The notes under the pieces were generated by a model, which saw only the letters and a list, made by a program, of their open reading frames with translations, was not told the origin of the DNA and made no database searches. A DNA stretch of 64,000 nucleotides from Potamilus streckersoni (Eukaryota): NCBI GenBank assembly GCA_016746295.1, contig JAEAOA010001935.1, positions 2,866,024 to 2,930,023 of the forward strand, in the 5' to 3' direction. The translations under genes and the position numbers were made by a program. Of the stretch, positions 48,641 to 61,239 are shown in pieces; the stretch's first letter is position 1, and every line of letters begins with the position of its first letter.

Positions 48641-49860
48641 ATTATAATCATGTATTTTTATACATTATGTCTGGTAATTCCCAGCCATAGTGAGAACACT
48701 GTTTATATAATTAGTGTCTTGTTAATAAAGTATGTTATATTATAATGGATTTTAGCCTTCAGATAAGAAAGGTTACATGTACAGAGGACACTCACACCAA
48801 GTCCCCTCAGTACAACACTGTCCCACATGTAATACAGAGATGAGAATAGAATCCATTGTAATTTACTCACTAACATTAATCTGATTTCCATATTTTCAAA
48901 ATGTGTTAGTTTTCTTAAAACTTTTTGACACAAACAAGCTCTATAAAACAAAAGAAAAATTCAAGTCTGAACATAAACTAAGGGATGTTTTGCCCCTATG
49001 CGGAACCAGGAGATTAAAGAGATGATCATAAAACCACTTTTATTACTCAAATAATAGCCCATGTTCTTCTGGCTTTCACAGCTTATGTTATTTTTACTAC
49101 CAGCTTAGAGAAAAAAAGACTGGCAGATAACCAAATTGAATGGTATTTATTTCTTTAATCACTATATTATCACCACTCTGTCATCTTATCTAAACAATTT
49201 ATAGTGGTGAAATGGTGTGCACAGAGAGCCCAAACAAATTTATTTTCCATACACTCTACCTTAAAAATCAAACTTCCTTTCCTGTGTAGAGGCTGTCATA
49301 TTTTCAGGACTGATGCCCATTTTTTATGTTTATTATCACAATTGTTTTGACTTAGTCACTATTATTGTGACTTAACAAGTGTTACATTTATCATGTAGAT
49401 TTTTTTTGGTAACCAAGAATACAATGCAATGCAGGTGATATAAAACACTTCCAACTGGCACTGAGCATGCTGTGTGCATCAGTACACAACATAAATATTA
49501 ATCATTGAAACACATTAACAATTATAATTTTATTTTGGATTATTTATTCCATATAAAATTTATTTTTAAATATCATAATTATCTGATGTATTATGGTAGT
49601 GTGGTTATCTTTATTACTTAATTGGTTTCATGTTTGTTCCTGTTTGTTGTGAATCAATTATAATATGGTTCCACATCATGATGTACCCTAATATTGTAAT
49701 GTTACTGTACACAATATATTACAATATGCACATAATATACCTCATTGTAAGGTAGCCTCACTTAAAATGGAGTACATTTGAATGGGACCCATAATAATGT
49801 TATATTGAGGAACAAGCTAGTGATAAAATATTATGAAACACAAATCCACTGGAATGGGAC

Positions 49861-49916
49861 ATAGAGTTGGTTGGTTGATTGGTTGGTTGTGGCTGGTTGG
49901 TTGGTTGGTTGGTTGG
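49861..49916. repeat. (GGTT)n microsatellite, about 13 units, with GATT and GTGG variants
   Basis: GGTTGGTTGATTGGTTGGTTGTGGCTGGTTGGTTGGTTGGTTGGT. Confidence 0.9.
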
Positions 49917-50040
49917 TATCAAAGGGCACTTACAGCACATTATTAGGCAGCTAACCCAGGCTGACCTGGTTGACGTCAAATTATAGACCATTATATCATG
50001 AGTCAGAAACTCTACCAACTGAGCTATCATGGCACCCTTT
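49917..50040 (-). mobile_element. tRNA-related SINE-head-like fragment (reverse complement GGGTGCCATGATAGCTCAGTTGGTAGAGTTTCTGACTCATGATATAATGG...GGTCAGCCTGGGTTAGCTGCC) abutting the (GGTT)n tract
   Basis: Contains the canonical tRNA D-arm/A-box string TAGCTCAGTTGGTAGAG, but it cannot be folded into an anticodon arm and has no clean T-arm. This makes it a pol III SINE-type head or a tRNA pseudogene fragment rather than a functional tRNA. Confidence 0.3.
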
Positions 50041-50194
50041 GCCCCATGAGGTTATATTTAGTAAAACTTGTGTAAACTGGCAAAAATAAAGTTTCAGCTA
50101 ATTTAGGAATTGAACTTTGGGTCTGGGAGATAATCGTCCACTTAAGGTGTATCGTAGAAGCCTCAAGTTGGAGGGTTCTTACTGATATTTGTGG

Positions 50195-50815
50195 TGCCTA
50201 GAGTAAGACTGCAGTGGAAGACAAGCTGTTATACTAGAGTAAGACTGCAGTGGAAGACAGCTGTTATACTAGAGTAAGACTGCAGTGGAAGACAAGCTGT
50301 TATACTAGAGTAAGACTGCATTAGAAGACAAGCTGTTATACTAGAGTAAGACTGCAGTGGAAGACAAGCTGTTATACTAGAGTAAGACTGCATTAGAAGA
50401 CAAGCTGTTATACTAGAGTAAGACTGCATTGGAAGACAAGCTGTTATACTAGAGTAAGACTGCAGTGGAAGACAAGCTGTTATACTAGAGTAAGACTGCA
50501 TTGGAAGACAAGCTGTTATACTAGAGTAAGACTGCATTGGAGGACAAGCTATTATACTAGAGTAAGACTGCATTGGAGGACAAGCTATTATACTAGAGTA
50601 AGACTGCATTAGAAGACAAGCTGTTATACTAGAGTAAGACTGCAGTGGAAGACAAGCTGTTATACTAGAGTAAGACTGCATTGGAAGACAAGCTGTTATA
50701 CTAGAGTAAGACTGCATTGGAGGACAAGCTATTATACTAGAGTAAGACTGCATTGGAAGACAAGCTATTATACTAGAGTAAAACTGCATTGGAGGACAAG
50801 CTGTTATACTTTTTC
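50195..50815. repeat. 36-bp satellite (ATACTAGAGTAAGACTGCAGTGGAAGACAAGCTGTT), about 17 copies, with CATTGGAGGACAAGCTATT variants
   Basis: ATACTAGAGT recurs at 50231, 50266 and 50302. The 197-aa minus-strand ORF is a period-36 artifact. Confidence 0.95.
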
Positions 50816-51780
50816 TGTTCAATAAAGATTTGATAAGTCATCTGAGTAATCTATTGGTCATAATGGCAGTCATTATAATCTTAATGGAAAGTTGTAACCT
50901 AAGTGGGTCAGAAACTAATGTGTACAATATAAACACTTCTTCTATGATAAATCCAGTGTCTTCAGATGTAATCACTGATAATTTAATCCAATTTACCTGT
51001 CTGCAAGTAGAATCTTGTCTTGAACAAAAATTCCAATAGCTCATCCTGAAAATTAATATTGTAACCCTATGCTTATGAAATATTTTATACAACATGAAAT
51101 GGACAGAAAACAAGAAAAGTAATATAATTATTAAATGTTCCAAAAATTACATCTTTTTCTGCTGCATATTTGCTATGACTTTACAATTAGTGTTATCCTT
51201 ACATAACTTACCGGTTTATTCACAATAGATTTTTCAAATCATTCTTTTTTTAAACACTATACTATTGAATTTAATCCAGCAACTATATTTTTCTCTACTC
51301 TACTGTTTTTAAAAGAAATTATCTGACATCACACAGACTTACTACCACATAACATGATAAAGTTGTGTCTGATGAGATTTCCAGATAAGTCTTGGAGGAC
51401 GATAATAAAAATCTGTTATTGTTGCTCATATACATTTTGCTCATTGCAGTCTTCATTTCACATATTTTCTCTTAAAGATATGATGTGCAATACAATTCTA
51501 TAAAAAAGCCACATTGGGTGAGGGACTTTGTAATGTTTATATTAAGTAGGTTCAGTAGCAATTGTTCAATTTTAGGTCCTTTTTGTAAGTCCATGGAGAT
51601 GAACATATGATGCAGAATTCAGTAATCCTTATTGTTGTTTGCATCTTTATCAAAGTTATGGCTTTGTGTCTTGTGCAAGAGGGACCTTTACGTAGTTGTT
51701 ATGATACAATGTTGTTATGGAAAGTTTACTATTCTGCTTCTATGCATTATTTAATCCTAAAAAGATATACGAGGATAATA

Positions 51781-51784
51781 AAAA

Positions 51785-51869
<85 letters not shown>

Positions 51870-51880
51870 GTTGTTGTTGT
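51781..51880. repeat. (ATT)n, about 30 units, followed by (GTT)n, about 8 units
   Basis: Pure trinucleotide runs. Confidence 0.95.
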
Positions 51881-51904
51881 TGTTGTTGTTTTATAAATTG
51901 ATCT

Positions 51905-53880
51905 AAATATGATTAAGTTGCAGTCAATGGAGTCATGTAGTGAGACTGCCTTATTGTGAAGTACACCATACAATCAATACTCCTTAATTATGTTGCAGTC
52001 AAAGGAGTCATGTAGTGAGACTGCCTTATAATGAAGTACACCATACAATCAATACTCTTTAATTATGTTGCAGTCAATGGAGTCATGTAGTGAGACTGCC
52101 TTATTGTGAAGTACACCATACAATCAATACTCCCTAATTATGTTGCAGTCAAAGGAGTCATGTAGTGAGACTGCCTTATCATGAAGTACACCATACAATC
52201 AATACTCCTTAATTATGTTGCAGTCAATGGAGTCATGTAGTGAGACTGCCTTATTGTGAAGTATACCATACAATCAATACTCCTTAATTATATTGCAGAC
52301 AAAGGAATCATGTAGTAAGACTGCAGCATGATGAAGTACACCATAGATACAATACTAAATTTGTTATATTTGGGAGCCATGGAGTATACTTCATTATGAT
52401 GAGATTGCTTTTTAATGAAGTTTACTTATATACAATATTTCATCATTATAGTACTGTAAAAGGGAGTCCTAGAGTATACCGGCTTATAATCAAATAGACT
52501 ATACATACAGTACTCCCTGATTATATTACTGTAAAAGGGAGTCATAGATTTTACTGGCTTATAATGAAATAGACTATACATACAGTACTCCCTGATTATA
52601 TTACTGTAAAAGGGAGTCATAGATTATACTGGCTTATAATGAAATAGACTATACATACAGTACTCCTTAATTATACTACTGTAAAAGGGAGTCATAGAGT
52701 ATACTGGCTTATAATGAAATAGACTATACATACGGTACTCCCTAATTGTACTACTGTAAAAGGGAGTCCTAGTGTATACTGGCTTATAATGAAGTCCACT
52801 ATACATACAGTACTCCCTGATTATACTACTGTAAAAGGGAGTCCTAGAGTATACTGGCTTATAATAAAGTACACTATACATACAGTACTCTCTGATTATA
52901 TTACTAAGAAGGGGAACCATTGAGTATACTGCACTTTAGTGAGACTGCCTTCTTATGAAGTAAACTATACATATAATACTCACTCATTATCATGCTACTG
53001 TATATATGAAAACCATTAATTATATTTGCCTTATACTAAGACTGCCTTAAAATGAAGTACAGTATGTATATAATGCTTCCTGTTTACATTGCTGTCCCAA
53101 AGTGTCATTGAGTTTGCCACTCTATAATGAAGTACAATATGCATATACATGTACTATGCCCTCATTTTAATACTGTACATGAGAGCCTTCTAGTTTGCCA
53201 CTGTAAAATGAAGTACAGCATTTGCATATAATGTTTTCTCATTATAATGCCAACCCCTTTAGTTTGCTAATCTACATTGAAGTACAATATGCATATAATA
53301 TTCCCTCATTATAATGCTGTCCATTGGAGCCTTTTAATATGGCACTGTAAAATGAAGTACAGTATGCATGTAATATTCCTTCATTATAATGCTGTGCATG
53401 AGAAACCCTTTAGTTTGCTAATCTACATTGAAGTACATTATGCATATAATATTCCCTCATTATAATGCTGTGCATTGGAGCCTTTTAATATGGCACTGTA
53501 AAATGAAGTACAGTATGCATGTAATATTCCTTCATTATAATGCTGTGCATGAGAAACCCTTTAGTTTGCTAATCTACATTGAAGTACATTATGCATATAA
53601 TATTCCCTCATTATAATTCTGTCTATTGGAGCCTTTTAATATGGCACTGTAAAATGAAGTACAGTATGCATGTAATATTCCTTCATTATAATGCTGTGCA
53701 TGAGAACCAGTTAGTATGCTACTCTATAATGAAGTACAATGTGGATAAAATATTCCCTCATTATATTACTGTGCATAAGAGCCTTTTAGTATGTCACTCT
53801 ATAATGAAGTACAATATGCATGTCTACATGTATGTAAGTATGCATGTTGATGACTTGCTAGATAAATATAAAACTTAATG
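51905..53880. repeat. 75-bp satellite family in three diverged blocks: 51905-52300 (GTTGCAGTCAATGGAGTCATGTAGTGAGACTGCCTTATTGTGAAGTACACCATACAATCAATACTCCTTAATTAT), 52430-52920 (..CTGGCTTATAATGAAATAGACTATACATACAGTACTCCCTGATTATATTACTGTAAAAGGGAGTCATAGA..), and 52920-53880 as a 151-bp dimeric higher-order repeat
   Basis: GTTGCAGTC recurs at 51917 and 51992 (75 bp). ATAATGAAAT recurs at 52561 and 52636 (75 bp). Identical ORF starts at 53277, 53428 and 53579 give a 151-bp period. The shared substring AATGAAGTACA..TATGCAT.TAATATTCC.TCATTATAATGCTGT links the blocks. Confidence 0.9.
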
Positions 53881-54384
53881 TGCAATGTGTCACAATTTAG
53901 TTTTTAATTATTTATTATAGTGGCATGTTTTGTTCGTGTCATTCAGAATAATGAACAAAATTATCATTATTTATGAACAACATCAAGTTCCCATTGTAAT
54001 TAAAACTGCAAGAAGTTGGAATTTCCCCATTGTAATTTTCAGTCAGATGACATCAAGACAATATGCTTTATCCATGGCAAATATCCCTTTCAAATACCAT
54101 CATTCAAATTTCATTTGTTTCAGTTTTCAGAGGCATGTTCAGCTTTAGAAATCACAATTTATGGCCTGGTAAATAATCCTATTGTAAATCAAGCATAATC
54201 CATATGATTTTCAATGTGAAAATAGAACAAGAAATTCAACCTTCCCTGCAGGCAGTAAAACTGTGTTTAATGAGGTGGTTCAAAGTGAAGGTTTTCTCCT
54301 CTTCAGCCAGTTGTGTAAGCCATATTTTTTAAAGCCTAATGTTGTTACAAAGCTAAATATGTTAATGCATAAAAAGCTCCCACA

Positions 54385-55150
54385 TGATAAGATAGAAATA
54401 TTTTAAGATATAGAGTTCCCCATGATAAGATAGAAATATGTTAAGATATAGAGTTCCCCATGATAAGATAGAAATATGTTAAGATATAGAGTTCCCCATG
54501 ATAAGATAGAAATATGTTAAGATATAGAGTTCCCATGATAAGATAGAAATATGTTAAGATATAGAGTTCCCCATGATAAGATAGAAATATGTTAAGATAT
54601 AGAGTTCCCATGATAAGATAGAAATATGTTAAGATATAGAGTTCCCCATGATAAGATAGAAATATGTTAAGATATAGAGTTCCCCATGATAATATAGAAA
54701 TATGTTAAGATATAGAGTTCCCTATGATAAGATAGAAAATGTTAAGATATAGAGTTCCCCATGATAATATAGAAATATGTTCAAATATAGAGTTCCCCAT
54801 GATAAGATAGAAAATGTTAAGATATAGAGTTCCCCATGATAAGATAGAAATATGTTAATGTATAAAGAGCTACCCCATGATAAGGTAGAAATATGTAAAG
54901 ATAATAGAGTTCCCCATGATAAGATAGAAATATGTTAAGATATAGAGTTCACCATGATAAGGTAGAAACATGTAGAAAAATGTTAATGAATAAAGAATTC
55001 AACATAAGGTATAAAAATGTTAATAAAAAAATTCCCAATGATAAGGTAGAAACATATTAATGAATTTGAATTAGGAATTCTCTATGATAAAGTAGAAACA
55101 TTTTAATATATAAAGAGTTACCCATGATAAGGTAGAAACATGGTAATGAA
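54385..55150. repeat. 38-bp satellite (ATAGAGTTCCCCATGATAAGATAGAAATATGTTAAGAT), about 20 copies, degenerating toward the 3' side
   Basis: CATGATAAGA recurs at 54421 and 54459 (38 bp). The later copies (54840-55150) are progressively diverged (GGTAGAAACATG variants). Confidence 0.95.
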
Positions 55151-55244
55151 TAAATAGTTCTCTTTGATATTTTAAGAAAATATTAAATGTTCCACTTGAT
55201 ATGGTAGACATGTTATTGAATAAAAAAAGTTCCCCATGATAAGG

Positions 55245-55528
55245 TGTGTGTGTGTGTGTTTTGGATTTTCAACATAGCTTGAACAGTTTTTTCATATCGA
55301 TATGATGTCTGCAGTATGGCAGTTTATAGTGATGTGATGTCTAACACTGGGGCATCATGTCCCACACAGTCACATTATCCAAACACCAAGCTGACCAGTT
55401 CTAACACTAACCTTGTAATGCTGATCGCCAAGAGAGGAAGCTGTTTGCACCATTTTTATGTCTTTCATATGACTCTGCCTTGGTTTTAACCTACAACTTC
55501 ACACATCCAATTAGACACTCTAACCAAT
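55245..55528 (-). mobile_element. tRNA-derived SINE (family A), copy 5, near full length with a (CA)n tail
   Basis: (GT)8 at 55245-55262, then TTTTGGATTTTCAACATAGCTTGAACAGTTTTTTCATATCGATATGATGTCTGCAGTATGGCAGTTTATAGTGATGT..CTAACACTGGGGCATCATGTCCCACAC.., collinear with the other minus-strand copies. The reverse complement of 55470-55528 gives the head ..CAGTTGCCTAATTGGTTAGAGTGTCTAATTGGATGTGTGAAGTTGTAGGTTAAAACC. Confidence 0.7.
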
Positions 55529-55934
55529 TAGGCAACTGGAGTGGTCCCCATGATAAGGTAGAATAATGTTAGTGAATAAAGAATTGCCTGTGATAGGGAA
55601 GAAGAATGGTAAATTGCATCTTGGTGGATGTTATGTTATGCACATTCATCAGATAGACTGGTTTGTTTTTATTTCAGTAAATAATTAGTTTTTAATTATT
55701 GTGAATCAGTCTTTCAAAGAACTTATGCTCTCAAATTTTTTTTGAGATATTGTCCATGGTACATTTGACCTACAAAAAGACATTACACTATTTAAATAAG
55801 CATGCAAAAGTACTTTATAAGATTTCTTTACCATTGAGCTAGATATTTGTCTTGAGAGCATTCTTAATACAATGATTTGAAATGCAAATATTTGTAGTGC
55901 CTAATGGATTAAACCAGTAATTGAAGATCTATAT

Positions 55935-56158
55935 ACTATATTTACTCATGTATAAGACAAGTCCAGCTGCCAAAACAACATGGACATTGATCTACCATTG
56001 CACTGTGTGCTAATTTATCAGGATCTATGATGTCTGTTCTTCTGATAACTTGTAACAAACTGAATAGACCTTAATCTGCCGGCACATTCATAATACAATA
56101 GCAGATCTGGCTCTGACTAGTTTTCAATTGGACTCGACTTATAAGCAAGTTTAGATGG
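55935..56158. mobile_element. Palindromic MITE-like element copy (TATACTATATTTACTCATGTATAAGACAAGTCCAGCTGCCAAAACAACATGGAC...CAGATCTGGCTCTGACTAGTTTTCAATTGGACTCGACTTATAAGCAAGTTTAGATGG)
   Basis: The termini match the family: CATGTATAAGACAAGTCCAGCTGC and CTTATAAGCAAGT..ATGG. Confidence 0.75.
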
Positions 56159-56564
56159 TTGAAGAAAATTAATTATAAGGCACACATGGTGTTACATGAC
56201 CTCCAATATTTCTTTAAACAGTGTACAATGGACATACACAAGTTTTATACTGTAATTTAAGATTCTGTTTGATAACAGGAGCTGCCAAAGTAGGACCTCC
56301 TTGACTTGTGTGTGCTTGTAAATTGTTGATAACAGCAGATGACTCTTCCCCTCTCTGTGTGATTGGAAATAACAATGGTGTTATTTATGTATTATGCAGG
56401 GTGAAGGCATTTTTCACTGGGTTCTTGACTTTGCACTTTAATGGAACTAATTAACTTGATATAGAAAGGGTTTGGGCTTTATAAACATCAGTCTTCTAAA
56501 AGTTTAGATTTGCATCGTGGTATTTAGTATGGATAATTTTGGAGTCCAAATATATTCTACCTGT

Positions 56565-56900
56565 GATAGTCTTCACCATTGTATATAACTTATTCAAGAA
56601 AATTAGTCTTCACCATTGTATATAACTTATTCAAGAAAATTAGTCTTCACCATTGTATATAACTTATTCAAGAAAATTAGTCTTCACCATTGTATATAAC
56701 TTATTCAAGAAAATTAGTCTTCACCATTGTATATAACTTATTCAAGAAAATTAGTCTTCACCATTGTATATAACTTATTCAAGAAAATTAGTCTTCACCA
56801 TTGTATATAACTTATTCAAGAAAATTAGTCTTCACCATTGTATATAACTTATTCAAGAAAATTAGTCTTCACCATTGTATATAACTTATTCAAGAAAATT
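56565..56900. repeat. 37-bp satellite (TAGTCTTCACCATTGTATATAACTTATTCAAGAAAAT), 9 near-perfect copies
   Basis: TAGTCTTCAC recurs at 56604 and 56641. Confidence 0.95.
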
Positions 56901-56977
56901 GCAATGTTAGAAACATAAAAATGGAAAAGATGAAATCATTTTGTGATTGTGTTGAAAATTGTTTCAGACAACCATGG

Positions 56978-59828
56978 TAAAGGATCATAGTTAAATAGTA
57001 AAAAAGCATAACTGGATTACAATGCCATATAGAAAGTTGGATCAAAGTTGAATAGTAGAAAAGCATAACTGGATTACAATGCCATATGGAAAGTTGGATC
57101 ATATTTAAATAGTAAAAAAGCATAACTGGATTAAAATACCATATGGAAAGTTGGATCATATTTAAATAGTAAAAAAGCATAACTGGATTACAATGCCATA
57201 TGGAAAGTTGGATCATAGTTAAATAGTAAAAAAGCATAACTGGATTACAATGCCATATGGAAAGTTGGATCATATTTAAATAGTAAAAAAGCATAACTGG
57301 ATTAAAATACCATATGGAAAGTTGGATCATATTTAAATAGTAAAAAAGCATAACTGGATTACAATGCCATATGGAAAGTTGGATCATATTTAAATAGTAA
57401 AAAAGCATAACTGGATTAAAATACCATATGGAAAGTTGGATCATATTTAAATAGTAAAAAAGCATAACTGGATTACAATGCCATATGGAAAGTTGGATCA
57501 TAGTTAAATAGTAAAAAAGCATAACTGGATTACAATGCCATATGGAAAGTTGGATCATATTTAAATAGTAAAAAAGCATAACTGGATTAAAATACCATAT
57601 GGAAAGTTGGATCATATTTAAATAGTAAAAAAGCATAACTGGATTACAATGCCATATGGAAAGTTGGATCATAGTTAAATAGTAAAAAAGCATAACTGGA
57701 TTACAATGCCATATGGAAAGTTGGATCATAGTTAAATAGTAAAAAAGCATAACTGGATTACAATGCCATATGGAAAGTTGGATCATAGTTAAATAGTAAA
57801 AGAGCATAACTGGATTACAATGTCATATGGAAAGTTGGATCATAGTTAAATAGTAAAAAAGCATAACTGGATTACAATGCCATATGGAAATTTTGATCAT
57901 AGTTAAATAGTAAAAAAGCATAACTGGATTACAATGCCATATGGAAAGTTGGATCATAGTTAAATAGTAAAAAAGCATAACTGGATTACAATGTCATATG
58001 GAAAGTTGGATCATATTTAAATAGTAAAAAAGCATAACTGGATTACAATACCATATGGAAAGTTGGATCATATTTAAATAGTAAAAAAGCATAACTGGAT
58101 TACAATGCCATATGGAAAGTTGGATCATAGTTAAATAGTAAAAAAGCATAACTGGATTACAATACCATATGGAAAGTTGGATCATAGTTAAATAGTAAAA
58201 AAGCATAACTGGATTACAATACCATATGGAAAGTTGGATCATAGTTAAATAGTAAAAAAGCATAACTGGATTACAATGCCATATGGAAATTTTGATCATA
58301 GTTAAATAGTAAAAAAGCATAACTGGATTATAATGCCATATGGAAAGTTGGATCATAGTTAAATAGTAAAAAAGCATAACTGGATTACAATGTCATATGG
58401 AAAGTTGGATCATAGTTAAATAGTAAAAAAGCATAACTGGATTACAATGCCATATGGAAAGTTGGATCATAGTTAAATAGTAAAAAGCATAAATGGATTA
58501 CAATGCCATATGGAAAGTTGGATCATAGTTAAATAGTAAAAAAGCATAACTGGATTACAATGCCATATGGAAAGTTGGATCATAGTTAAATAGTAAAAAA
58601 GCATAACTGGATTACAATGCCATATGGAAAGTTGGATCATAGTTAAATAGTAAAAAGCATAACTGGATTACAATGCCATATGGAAAGTTGGATCATAGTT
58701 AAATAGTAAAAAAGCATAACTGGATTACGATGCCATATGGAAAGTTGGATCATATTTAAATAGTAAAAAAGCATAACTGGATTACAATGCCATATGGAAA
58801 GTTGGATCATAGTTAAATAGTAAAAAAGCATAACTGGATTACAATGCCATATGGAAAGTTGGATCATAGTTAAATAGTAAAAAAGCATAACTGGATTACA
58901 ATGCCATATGGAAAGTTGGATCATTGTTAAATAGTAAAAAAGCATAACTGGATTACATTGCCATATGGAAAGTTGGATCATAGTTAAATAGTAAAAAGCA
59001 TAACTGGATTACAATGCCATATGGAAAGTTGGATCATAGTTAAATAGTAAAAAGCATAACTGGATTACAATGCCATATGGAAAGTTGGATCATAGTTAAA
59101 TAGTAAAAAAGCATAACTGGATTACAATGCCATATGGAAAGTTGGATCATAGTTAAATAGTAAAAAAGCATAACTGGATTACAATGCCATATGGAAAGTT
59201 GGATCATAGTTAAATAGTAAAAAAGCATAACTGGATTACAATGCCATATGGAAAGTTGGATCATAGTTAAATAGTAAAAAAGCATAACTGGATTACGATG
59301 CCATATGGAAAGTTGGATCATATTTAAATAGTAAAAAAGCATAACTGGATTACAATGCCATATGGAAAGTTGGATCATAGTTAAATAGTAAAAAAGCATA
59401 ACTGGATTACAATGCCATATGGAAAGTTGGATCATAGTTAAATAGTAAAAAAGCATAACTGGATTACAATGCCATATGGAAAGTTGGATCATTGTTAAAT
59501 AGTAAAAAAGCATAACTGGATTACATTGCCATATGGAAAGTTGGATCATAGTTAAATAGTAAAAAGCATAACTGGATTACAATGCCATATGGAAAGTTGG
59601 ATCATAGTTAAATAGTAAAAAGCATAACTGGATTACAATGCCATATGGAAAGTTGGATCATAGTTAAATAGTAAAAAAGCATAACTGGATTACAATGCCA
59701 TATGGAAAGTTGGATCATAGTTAAATAGTAAAAAAGCATAACTGGATTACAATGCCATATGGAAAGTTGGATCATAGTTAAATAGTAAAAAAGCATAACT
59801 GGATTACAATGCCATATGGAAAGTTGGA
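56978..59828. repeat. 57-bp satellite (GCATAACTGGATTACAATGCCATATGGAAAGTTGGATCATAGTTAAATAGTAAAAAA), about 50 copies, with ATTAAAATACC, CATATTTAAAT and A5/A6 length variants
   Basis: CATAACTGGA recurs at 57121 and 57178 (57 bp = 3 x 19). This explains the minus-strand ORFs of 305, 169, 127 and 112 aa (MLFYYLTMIQLSIWHCNPV repeats). Confidence 0.95.
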
Positions 59829-59864
59829 ACCTTCTGTGTAAGAAAGGTAATGGTTTTCAACTTC

Positions 59865-60225
59865 TTCATTATTGCCTCTATAAAGTCCCTCTGAGTCCCA
59901 TGTATAGTCATGATCATTGCCTCTGTAAAGTCCCTTTGAGCCCCATATTGATCATTGCCTGTATAAAGTCCCTCTAAGTCCCATGTATACTCTTGATCAT
60001 TGAATCTGTAAAGTCCCTCTAAGTCCCATGTATACTCTTGATTATTGAATCTGTAAAGTCCCTTTGATTCCCATATTGATCATTGGCTCTATAAAGTCCC
60101 TCTAAGTCCCATGTATACTCTTGATTATTGCCTTTGTAAAGTCCCATTGAGTACCATATTGATCATTGCCTGTATAAAGTCCCTTTAAGTCCCATGTATA
60201 CTCTTGATTATTGCCTATATATACT
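59865..60225. repeat. Roughly 45-bp degenerate tandem repeat (GTAAAGTCCCTCTAAGTCCCATGTATACTCTTGATTATTGAATCT), about 8 copies
   Basis: AAAGTCCCT recurs at about 59963, 60009, 60051 and 60091. The array ends exactly where the MITE copy at 60216 starts. Confidence 0.85.
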
Positions 60226-60414
60226 TGCTTATAAGCTGAGTCCAGCTACAGACAACATAGATCCTGAACTGCCATTGTATAATAGTAGATCATGGTCAAT
60301 TTTTGTTCTACTGATTACTCCTAAGAAACTACATAGACCAGAGTATTATTCAATGGCAGAACTGGATTAGTGCTGTTTCCAGTTGGACTCCACTTACAAG
60401 CAAGTATATATAGT
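60216..60414. mobile_element. Palindromic MITE-like element copy (CTATATATACTTGCTTATAAGCTGAGTCCAGCTACAGACAACATAGATCC...GTTTCCAGTTGGACTCCACTTACAAGCAAGTATATATAG)
   Basis: The termini are reverse complements and the internal structure matches the family. An extra partial terminus, ACTGCTTGCTTATAAATAATG, follows at 60414-60436. Confidence 0.8.
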
Positions 60415-60984
60415 AACTGCTTGCTTATAAATAATGTGTTGTTGTGAATCCCTATTAAACTGGTTAATTATCATTTTGTCATTTCTAATTAATTTTTAAT
60501 TTGTCAATTGTCATTTTGTCATTATCACTTTGTTATCTCTCATAATTTGTCAATTGTCATTTTGTCATTACCACTTTGTTATCTCTCAGTGGTGTAACAA
60601 GAAATTTTGCTTGGCCTCCCTGCAAACTTAATTCTTGGGAGCACCCACACAAAAAAAAAAGTTGTTGATGGGAAGTTTGGCTTCCCTCCTCCCTGTCTGT
60701 GTGGGTAGCTTGGGGCAGTTGCTATGTCACTGATCTATGTGTTTTCCTAAAAAGTGTTGGGGATGTTGTGATATTGTAACCATTTGTCTGTCTTTCCATT
60801 CACCTGTCCATTACCACAGCTTAAACCACTAGGTAGAATTTCACTAAACCCTACTTTGCTGCCCCTTGTGGTGACAGTCTGTAATAAGGGTGACATTATT
60901 AACTCCCAACCTTCAGGGGTCCCTAGGCATGGTGTAGAATATTTATTTTGCAAGCAAATTTTATATTTTAAATTGTTACATATA

Positions 60985-61230
60985 TGTGATAGATCTTGCA
61001 TTATGACCTATTGATCACAATGGGGGAGTATGGGTGATGGATGTTGCATATGACCTATGACCTATAGGTCACAATGGGGGAGTATGGGTGATGGATGTTG
61101 CATATGACCTGTGGATCACTGTTGGGGAAAAAGGTTTAATGGTTCTTGCATTATGACCTATGTGTCACTGTCAGGGACTATGGTTGATGGAGCTTGCAGT
61201 ATGAACTATGAGTAACAGTTGGGAAGTAAG
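60985..61230. repeat. Roughly 58-bp tandem repeat (TGACCTATAGGTCACAATGGGGGAGTATGGGTGATGGATGTTGCATA), about 4 copies
   Basis: Two near-identical copies followed by two diverged copies (..GGATCACTGTTGGGGAAAAAGG.., ..GTCACTGTCAGGGACTATGGTTGATGGAGC..). Confidence 0.85.
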
Positions 61231-61239
61231 TTTGATTGA

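Noticed and set aside
49917-50040. A functional tRNA gene on the minus strand (TAGCTCAGTTGGTAGAG D-arm)
   Set aside because: After the D-arm the sequence cannot be folded into an anticodon stem-loop, and no GTTCGAATCC-type T-arm follows at the right distance. I classify it as a SINE-head or tRNA-pseudogene fragment.
56890-59796. Minus-strand ORFs of 305, 169, 127 and 112 aa (MLFYYLTMIQLSIWHCNPV repeats)
   Set aside because: Artifacts of the 57-bp satellite (57 = 3 x 19), giving perfect 19-aa repeats. The same reasoning applies to the 197-aa ORF in the 36-bp satellite at 50229-50822 and to the minus-strand 220-, 122- and 114-aa ORFs at 46317-46979 (one starting at 46317, two ending at 46797 and 46693) in the 25-bp satellite.
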